64,000 nt of DNA, from positions 18,848,001 through 18,912,000 of the forward strand of contig OX597828.1 of the NCBI GenBank assembly GCA_951406725.2. Reading direction: 5' to 3'. This document shows, in pieces, positions 54,601 to 64,000 of this stretch (position 1 is its first letter; each line of letters begins with the position of its first letter). The translations under genes were made by a program, and so were the position numbers. The DNA comes from Octopus vulgaris. Taxonomy: Eukaryota. The notes under the pieces are model-generated. The model was not told the DNA's origin and did not search any database. It saw nothing but the letters and a program-made list of their open reading frames with translations.

Positions 54601-54918
54601 TTATATATGTGTATGTATATGTAAGGGCATGCGTATATGTATATATAGGAAGACAAGCTGGTATATAGGTTTTTTTATATATGTGTAATTAGGTGCATCC
54701 ATAGATGTGTCTAGCTGCCATTGTGTATGTACATGTATGAACATTTATGTGTATGTTTGTGCATGTATTTATGCCTCTATATGTGCGTGTACAAACGTGT
54801 ATACTTACACATTGATATAGAAAGATAGATACATTGATAGATAGATAGATAGATAGATGTCCTGACATACATACATACATACATATATATATATAAATAT
54901 ATACACACACACACAAAC

Positions 54919-54953
<35 letters not shown>

Positions 54954-55922
54954 CACACAGAGGCACACACACATACATGCATAAATGTAAGTACATTTTT
55001 GTGTATGTCTGTGTATATATATCTATGTGAATATATGTATATTTGCATTTATGCAATATATGTATATATACCTCATTAAATATCACTGGTGGTGCCCCAG
55101 CATGGCCACAGCCTTAGGGCTGAGACTTGTAAAAGAATAAAAGAATGCATCACACACATATATGTATATGTGTAGTTATATGCATGTATGCATACGTTTT
55201 AATGCATTTGCTGTGTACACACTCCCATATATGTGTGTGTGTATATATATATATATATACACCTATGCATGTTTTTGTATTATATGCACAGATGTATATT
55301 TATATGTATTATATGTACACATTCACATACACACACATACATATATATGTATACACACTTATACACGTCTATTTGAATCTGTATTGTTTTCTGTATGTGT
55401 GTGTGTGTGTGTGTGTATATGCACATCCGCACGCATTCATAATTGCTGTCAACTCAGTATGACTGTTCTCCTACTGTCTAAACCTCATTGCAACACTTAT
55501 ATGCACATACATCACATTTATATACATACATCATACTTATACACATACATACATACACATGAACACACACTGTATACACTTCATACGGCCACCACAAGTG
55601 ACTATCAAGTACCCTTATAGTTTTCCACAAAGAAAGGAAAGTAAACAAATGAACACATATGCCCCTTTTAAAATGCAATATATATATATATGTGTGTGTG
55701 TAATAATGTGTGTTTGTGTGTGTGTGTTTGTGTTTAGGTTTGGTAGGACGAACAAGAGAATTAGATCTGAATATATGAGTATATATATATATACTTGTAT
55801 TTTTAATCAGCTGAGAGCAACAAAAGTGATACAAGGACCAAGAGTTTTGAGCATGGCACTTAACAATTACACAAAAACATGTGTGTGTGTGTGTCTGAGG
55901 ACATCTATCTATCTATCTATCT

Positions 55923-55966
<44 letters not shown>

Positions 55967-56231
55967 GTCTATCTATCTATCTATCTATCTACCTATCTAT
56001 CTATCTATCTATCTATCAGTCTGTCTGTCTATCTATCTAGCTATCTATCTCTATCTATCTATTTATCTATCTATTTATCTATCTCTATCAATCTATCTAT
56101 CTTTCTATCTATCTATCTATCTATTTATATCTGTGTGTGCATTTACATGTGTGTATTCATTGTGATCGTGTGTGTATCGTTGGCAATTTTCTTTCTCCGT
56201 CTTCCCTTCCTTGGACCTTTCCTTTTTCTAT

Positions 56232-56266
56232 GTTTCTGACGAAGAGCTCTGCTCGAAACCTTAAAT
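56232..56266 (+). ncRNA. Minimal hammerhead-like motif in a Penelope-like module (56160-56350, inverted sister of 17372-17580)
   Basis: GTTT-CTGACGA-A-GAGC-TCT-GCTC-GAAA-C-CTT-AAAT; canonical core, stem III palindrome mutated. Confidence 0.55.
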
Positions 56267-56374
56267 CCTCCTTCTTTCTTTCCTTTCCTGAGTGTCCATG
56301 TCTTCGCATTGTTGTGTTTTCTCTTTGTGTTTTCATGTTTGGATTAACTACATATATATATATATATATATATA

Positions 56375-56572
56375 TCACTTTGACCAACCAGTCCGTCAGG
56401 CGTCCATTTGACACCGCTGGTCACAGCACGCTGTCCACTCTTCTCTGGATCACGCCTTTCTCATCCACATGATCCCAATCGTCCTCTTGAAATCGTCACT
56501 CCACTGTCGTGGAGGTCTTCCGGGTGGTCTTTTCCGCTCACGCGGGTACCACTCGACAGCTGCGTGCGTCCA

Positions 56573-56575
<3 letters not shown>
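56375..56575 (-). pseudogene. RTE LINE 3' fragment inserted in (TA)n
   Basis: WTHAAVEWYPRERKRPPGRPPRQWSDDFKRTIGIMWMRKA*SREEW is a typical RTE-1 C-terminus. Confidence 0.8.
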
Positions 56576-56624
<49 letters not shown>

Positions 56625-56625
<1 letters not shown>

Positions 56626-56980
56626 TATGGTCGTGTGGTAAAAGGTTTGCTTCCCAACAACATGGTTCTGGGTTCAACTCCACTGCATGGCACTTTAAGC
56701 ATGTCTCTTCTACTGTAATCTTGGGCTGACCAAAGCTTTGTGGGTAGATTTGGTAGACGGAAACTGAAAGCAGCCTATCGTGTGTGTGTCCCACCACCAC
56801 TTGACAACTGGTTTTTGTGTGTTTACATCCTTGTAACTTAGCAGTTTGGCAAGAGATTGACAGAATTAATATCAGGCTTTAAAGAAAATATATAAGTAGT
56901 GGTTTTGATTCATTTTTTTAAAACTTCTTCAAGGCAGTGCTGCAGCAAGGCCACAGTCTAATGACTGAACAGAGCGAAAA
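56625..56980 (+). mobile_element. Decayed family A SINE
   Basis: Head, core and tail motifs recognisable; CpG-poor. Confidence 0.75.
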
Positions 56981-57002
56981 AAAAGATGCACACACACTCA
57001 CA

Positions 57003-57038
<36 letters not shown>

Positions 57039-57394
57039 CCTGTATGAGAAAGAAGGAGAGAAATATGGAACACTTCTCAACAGGATATATAGGTGTGATG
57101 GGCTGGCACGTCATTGTTCAACCTATTAAGAACAACAGCAAAATTCTGATGAATCACGGCCAAAAATTTTTTTGAAAAAAGGAAGAACATATAATAATGT
57201 AATCCAAGATATTCATAAATACAGGATGTTCATTGCTGGAGCATCCTTCATCATCCTATATCTATCTACCTGATCAGGGAGGATTGATCTGTGACTTAAC
57301 AAGTCAGTTGATAATTAAACTGAAAATGTTTCAAATTGATAAGGTTTTTAGCACTTTTAATCAGTAAAACTACTTTGTTGCCAATACATATATA

Positions 57395-58498
57395 TATATC
57401 AAAGCATGATAAACATTTTTCAGTGAAATTTCTGTGTTGAAAATACCTATTTGTAAATGTATGATAAACATTTGCAGTGAAACTAGTGTTGATATGTGTA
57501 TATAAAGTATGAGATATATTTGTCTGTGAAATTATTGTGTTGATAATACATGTATATAAATGTATGATAAAAATTCGTTGGTGAAATTGTATATTGATAA
57601 TACAGTACAATAGATGTTTGATAAACATTTGTCGGTGAAATTTCTGTGATGGCAATACATGTATATAAATGTATGATAAAGGTTTGTTAGTAGCACTACA
57701 TGTTGATAATACAAAATATAAATGTATAATGAACATTTCGCAGTGAAACTGCAGTGTTGATAATGTGTATATACAATGTACAAGATATATTTGTCAGTGA
57801 AACTACTGTGTTGATAATACATGTATATAAATGTATGATAAAAACTTGTTGGTAATACAGTACATAAATGTTTGATAAGCATTTGTCAGTGAAATTTCTA
57901 TGTTGACATTATATATTTCTGATGTTTGCTAACTGTTGGTTAGTGAAACTAGTTTGATGTATACAAAGTGTGAGAAATATTTGTCAGTCAATCTACATAT
58001 TGATAATACATATATATTTATAAATGTTAAACAGTTCACTATGTTGATAATAGATATATATCTGTATGATAAACATTTGTTAGTGAAATTACATTGTTGT
58101 TAAGGTATATGCATATATTTCTTTATTCCTTTACTGGTTTCAGTCTTAGACTGCGGTCATGCTGGGGCACTCCCTTGAAGGGTTTTAGTTGAACACCAGT
58201 ACTCTTTTGTTTTTAATCCTGACACTTATTCTATCAGTCTCTTTTGTTGAACCGCTAAGTTACAGCGGCGTATACAAGCCAACTTCACTTGTCAAGCAAC
58301 AGTGGAGGACAAATACACACACACATACGTATGATGGGCTTCTTTCAGTTTCTGCCTATCAGATCCATTCACAAAGCTTTTGTTGGTTCAAGGCTTTAGT
58401 AGAAGACACTTACCCAAGGAATCATGCAGTGGGACTGAACCCAGAGCTGTATGGTTGGGAAGCAAACTTCTTACCACTGAGCTACACCAGCACCTATA

Positions 58499-58589
<91 letters not shown>

Positions 58590-58812
58590 GTACATATATA
58601 TTTAGCACACTGGGCAAAATGCTTAGCAGTATTTCGTGTGTCTTTACATTCTGAGTTCAAATTCTGCCAGGGTAGATTATGCCTTATATCCTCAATAAAA
58701 TAAGTACTAGTCAAGCACTGGGGTTGATTTAGTTGACTTATCCCTTCCCTTGAAATTTCAGACCTTGTGCCTATAGCAGAAAAGATTATTATTATCATTA
58801 TTATCAATATTA

Positions 58813-58849
<37 letters not shown>

Positions 58850-59230
58850 CATAAATACTTGGTAGTGAAGCTACATATAGATGATATTTGTATATAATGT
58901 CAGTGAAAGTACTGTATTGATAATACATACATATATATATATACATACAATGTATGGAAATATTGGTCATTCATAATTCATATATATATAATATAATGTT
59001 TCAGAAATGTCACTCAATGTACATCTGAAAAAGATATGTATATAAATGTTTGATAAACATTCAGCAATGAAAGTACGCCTTGATAATACATGTATATTAA
59101 TGTATAATAAACTTTTGTTAGTGAAAGTAGAACTTTGATAATGCATACATATAATGTATGATAAATATTTGTTAGTGAAACTGGTGCATTGACAATACAC
59201 GTATATAAATGTATGACAAACAATTTGTTA
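57395..59230. repeat. Degenerate AT-rich ~54-55-bp minisatellite interrupted by SINEs (58120-58800)
   Basis: Unit ~atgataaacatttgtcagtgaaactactgtgttgataatacatgtatataaatgt; anchors at about 57408, 57463, 57565, 57620, 57675 and 57730; resumes at 58860. Confidence 0.8.
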
Positions 59231-59381
59231 ACCTCAGTCTCCGTGCAAGCTTCATTTTCTTTATAGCCATGATTGGATTTCTTAGTATGGTATGGCTGTA
59301 TGTTATTCTTGTTTCTTTTATTTGTTTAAAGTGTGTGTGTATTATATATATATATGTATGTGTGTGTATGTGGATGTGTAT

Positions 59382-59422
<41 letters not shown>

Positions 59423-59511
59423 ATATATATTTACATAGATATTTTATATGTATACATATATATGTGCACACACATATATGAAGGAGATAGATAAATAGAT
59501 AGACAGATATT

Positions 59512-59581
<70 letters not shown>

Positions 59582-60169
59582 AAGATAGATAGATAGAGAG
59601 AGAGATAGACATTGATAGATAGATAGAAAGAAAGAAAGATAGACATTGATAGATAGATAGACAGATATTGATAGATAGATAGATAGATAGATAGTGAATG
59701 TCTTACTACAATGCATATATGTATGTTTATATTTCTGTGTATATGTGCACCTCTATAGAGGTGATAGATAGATAGATAGACAGACATGTATTTGTGTATG
59801 TATATATTCATATGTATATGTGCATGTGTGTGTGTTCTTATCTATAGTGGCTTGTGAATGTCTTAGTCGTAATATATATGTTTGTGTATGTTGGTGTCAG
59901 TCGTGGTCGGATGGCTGGGGCTGAGGGCAGACGGCGGAGCGCATAGTACCACATTGATTTAACCGTTAGCTTCCATCTCAGAAGAACGAAATAGCAACAG
60001 CAGAAAAGATATGAAGTTAATGTACCAATCAATACATTCTGCTACACTTTGTAATAATTCATATTGGAAAGGCAAACACTGTAATTCAAATATTATTGCT
60101 CAAAGATTGAACATCTTGGCTTCTTCTCTGCAAGAATTCCAAAACACAGTTCTTGTTCTTTTGTTCTTT

Positions 60170-60670
60170 TCCTCTCTTACTTGTTTCAGTCATGTGACTA
60201 CGGCCATGCTGGAGCACTGGCCTTGAAGGGGTTTTTAGTCAAACAAATCGACACAAAGGACTTTATTTGTTATTATTATTATTATTATTTTTATTTTTTT
60301 TAAGCCTAGCACTTATTCAATTGGTCCTTTTTGCTGAACCGCTAAGCTACAAGGATGTAAAAGCACCAACACGGGTTGTCAATTGGTGATGGGGATGCAA
60401 ACACAGAGACACAGACAAACACACATAGATATATGCACATACACACTCACACACACACATATACATACATACATACATACATACATACATACATACATAC
60501 ACACATACATACATATATATGATGGGCTTCTTTCAGTTTTTTGTCTACGAAATCCACTCACAAGGCTTTGGTGGCTATTGTAGTATATACCTGTCTAAGG
60601 TGCCACACAGTGGGGCTGAACCCAGAATCATGAGATTGGGAAGCAAGCTTCTTACCACACAGCCATGCCC
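60170..60670 (-). mobile_element. Family A SINE
   Basis: Reverse complement of the consensus with an internal (CATA)n. Confidence 0.8.
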
Positions 60671-60699
60671 GAAGTTATTCTCATTGTTGTGGTTGTTGT

Positions 60700-61600
60700 T
60701 GTTTTAGCCCAGGTCACCAAGAGCCTTTCACCTGTTTTTCCCTTCTTTTTTTCTTCTTTTTTTTCACTATTTTTCAAGGCAACTCAAAGGGACAATATAT
60801 GTGTTCTTTTATTTACCTAAGGAGGGAAGAGGAGGAACAGGTTGAATTTGAGGTGGTTTTTTGCTGCTATTTCTAGCATGTTGATTGATTACATTAAAGC
60901 TCTCTTGTTCACTTACTGCTATTGTAGTTATTGTTGCTGTTGTTGTTGTTGTTGTTGTTGTGTAGCCTTGGTCAGCTGTGATTGAATAGACTTATGATCA
61001 AAGGCTTTCCAGCCATGACCAACCCCTCTTTTTTCTGTATCTAAGAAACCCATGACCACAATTTTGCAAATGCGTGAGTGTGTGTGTGAGGGTGACAATG
61101 TGAGAGACTTGGACTGTTATCTCTAGCAAGTCAAGTAACCTCATAGAGAGGTTCTCCTCATTGGTCTGTTGCTGTTGTTCTTGTTTAGCCCATGCCAGCT
61201 TTGACTGAGCAAAACTATGATCAAAAGCATCCCAACCATGGCCATCCCTTCTTTACTATGTGCAAGGAACCCAAAACCACATTATCTAATGTGTTCTTTT
61301 CTAAAATGATAAAATGTGATATTTTTAACTGCTATTTCTAGCATATTTGTTAACTAAATAAAGGCTCCCTCACTGGCTTGTTGTTTAACCCAGGGTCAGA
61401 CTTGAATGAGCAAACTTGTGATTAACAGCACTCCATCCATCCCATTTTCAAGATGCTATGTTAACCAAGCAGCTACATTTTACAAAGTGTCCTTCCCTTT
61501 CTAAGCTTGTATTGTATGATTCAGGAGAATTTGGCACCTATTTCTAGCAGGACTAGCAACCACATAGGGGTTCCCTTATTTGCACCATTGTTATTTCTTT
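60700..61600 (-). repeat. About four diverged tandem copies of family D in reverse orientation
   Basis: (g)ctg.tat(t/c)tctagca anchor at ~60865, 61113, 61330 and 61540. Confidence 0.7.
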
Positions 61601-61631
61601 TTATTATTGCTGTTGTTATTAGCAAACCTGA

Positions 61632-62490
61632 AGGCGGCGAGTTGGCAGAATTGTTAGCATGCCGGGCAAAATGCTTCATGGTATTTCGTCGTCCGTCTTT
61701 ATGTTCTGAGTTCAAATTCCGCTGAGGTCAACTTTGCCTCTCCTCCTTTCGGGGTCAATTAAATAAGTACCAGTTATGCACTGGGTTTGATGTAATTGAC
61801 TTAATCCCCTCCCCAAAGCTGCCCTTGTGGCAAAATTTGAAATCGTTATTAGCATACTTGGCAACTTGGCAACTTTCTTAGTGGTATTTCATCCATCCTT
61901 ACGTTCTGAGTTCAAATTCTGCTGAGGTCACCTTCGCTTTTCATCTTTTCAGGGTTGATAAACTAAGTGCCAGCAAAACACTGGGGTCAATGTAATCAAC
62001 TAGGTCCCAGCCCCTAAAATTTCAGGTCTTGTGCTTTTAATAGAAAGTATTATTGATGTCATTGTTTGGTGCCAAGTCAGCACTAATCAAGCAACATACA
62101 TTCCAGCTTTGACCATCCTTCCTTTTGGGTTTGCAACCAGATGGTTTCAGGTTCAGTTCCATTGCATGGCACCTTGGGTAATGTCTTTTACTACAGCCCC
62201 AGGCTGATCCAATGCCTTGTGAGAGAATTTGGTTGACGGAAACTGAGGAAACCCATTGTCTATGTGTGTCTGTATATATATGTGCATGTGTATGTGTATG
62301 TATGTGTGTGTGTTAGTTTGTTTATGTCCCTGTAACTTAGCAGATCTGTGAAAGGAGAGTGATAGAGCAAGCACCAGACCCTGAAAAATAATTATTGGAG
62401 TTGAATTATTCAACTAAGCCCTTCAAGGTGGTGCCCCAGTATGGCCACAGTCCACTGACTGAAATAAACTAAAAGAAGAAAAAAGAAAAT
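61632..62490 (+). mobile_element. Two family B SINEs and one family A SINE
   Basis: ggcggcgagttggcagaattgttagc...; ctgagttcaaattctgctgaggtcacc...; ggttcagttccattgcatggcaccttggg... Confidence 0.75.
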
Positions 62491-63014
62491 AAGACACAGT
62501 GTAATGAGATTCACTGCTATTTTCTATATTAAAGACCAAAGGATATGATTTGATGGAGATTTGGCTGCTATTTCTTGTAGGACAAGTGTCCCTTGAGTAC
62601 CACTGCTGTTGTTGTTGTTGTCGAGTGACTTGGTCACTATGTATGGCTTCTGAGAGATGTACAGTATTGAAATCAATGACCAAATTGAACAAGAACTAAT
62701 GAAGCCTCGCCATAATCATTTGCTAGAAATAGCAACCAAGTCTCTATGAAACCACATACTAACATTTTCAGAAAGGAAGAAAGAATATAAAGCCAGCTTT
62801 TGTTCTAAATAAAATATGCCTGAAATAAAGAAATTGGTAGGATGGTCACATCTGGAATGTCTTTCCTCATAACCACTTAAATCGAGCGAAGCCGGAGCTA
62901 AGCAACAAGAACAGCAGTAACTTGAATGTAAACCAAATATTTATTTAGGAGCAATCGTATCAGCTCTCTGTTCATAGCCCACTGATGTTTGTTGAGCACA
63001 TTATGTTGTATTGT

Positions 63015-64000
63015 AAGAGAGAATCTTTGATGTGTGTGTGAGAAAGACAGAGACTAGCTGAGAGAGAGAGCGGGGGGAGATGGCAAGAGAGAGACAGAGA
63101 AAGTGTGTGTGTGTGTGAGAGAGCGGGGAGAGATGGCAAGAGAGAGACAGAGAAAGTGTGTGTGTGTGTGTGAGAGAGAGGGGGGAGAGATGGCAAGAAA
63201 GAGACAGAGAAAGTGTGTGTGTGTGAGAGAGAGAGATAGGAAAGAGAGAGAGAGAGATAAGAGAGAGAGAGGGAGGCAAAATGAGTCAAAGAGAGAGAGA
63301 GAGAGAGAGAAAATGCATGAGTGTGTGTGTGCAAGAGAGAGAAAGAGAGAATGTGTGGGTGTGTGAAAGAGTGTGTGTGTGTGTGAAAGAAAGAGAGAGA
63401 GAGTGTGTGTGGGAAAGATGGAGATAGGCACATATATATAGAGAGAGAGAGTATGCGCATGTTTATAGGAAAGGCAGAGAGGCAAAAAGAGTGAGAAAAA
63501 AGAGAGGAAGAGAAATAGAAAGAGAAACAAAGAGAGAAAGTGTGAGTGATTGAGAGTAAAACAGAGAATGTAGAAAGAAAGACAGATGAAGAGAGCGAGG
63601 GAGAGAGAGAATGCTCGTTTGTGTGTATGTGTGTGTAAGAAAGAGAGAGAAAGACAGAGAGGAAAGAGTGAGTGAAAGAGAAGGAGGAATAGACAGAGAA
63701 GCAGAAGGAGTATTTATATTTGAGAGAGAAATAGAGAAAAAGGAAACGTATGGAGGGAGAAAGAAGGAAGGGGTGTGAAAGAGAGTGGGTGAGTGTATGC
63801 TTATGACAGAGGGGAAGAGAGAGAGAGAGGGAGGGAGTAAGAAGATGTGTGCTTGGAGAATGAGAAAAGAATGAGAGAGAGGAAGAGAGAAAAAGAGAGA
63901 GAGAAACAGGTAGAGGTAAAAAGAGATGGAGTGAGAGAAAGAGAGGTAGCAGAGAGAGAGAGAGAAGAAGAGGAGGAGGAGGAAAAGGAGAGGGTGTGCA
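63015..64000. repeat. (GA)-rich low-complexity tract including three ~55-bp units (gggagatggcaaga.agagacagagaaagtgtgtg)
   Basis: Directly visible at 63060-63230 and onward. Confidence 0.9.

Noticed and set aside
57395-58090. Possible C2H2 zinc-finger array (expanded in octopus)
   Set aside because: The period is ~55 bp rather than 84 bp, there are no TGEKP linkers or CxxC/HxxxH spacing, and stops are frequent.

Overview
AT-rich eukaryotic genomic DNA with very dense microsatellites. The tRNA-derived SINE families (CORE-like and Nin-DC-like), RTE LINE remnants and microsatellite load point to a coleoid cephalopod, most likely Octopus (inference, no search run). I can support no intact protein-coding gene: nearly all ORFs in the track are translations of microsatellites or SINEs. 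The recognisable coding relics are all decayed transposon sequence: a maT/DD37D-like element (5911-7362), a mariner (50.6-51.4 kb), a Tc1-like element (52.2-52.8 kb) and several RTE fragments. There are also non-autonomous Helitrons. Beyond the repeats, four things stand out. (1) Five short Penelope-like modules from at least three sequence families each carry a minimal type I hammerhead-ribozyme fold with covarying stems. (2) SINE copies keep their CpGs across ~9.6-42 kb but have lost them in both flanks, suggesting an unmethylated domain between two divergent methylated gene bodies. (3) Candidate non-coding or 5'UTR exons point outward on both strands, and a ~15 kb zone is almost free of SINEs. 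(4) Several long fold-backs and a 66-bp higher-order array are present. Coordinates were read by eye; repeat boundaries are approximate.
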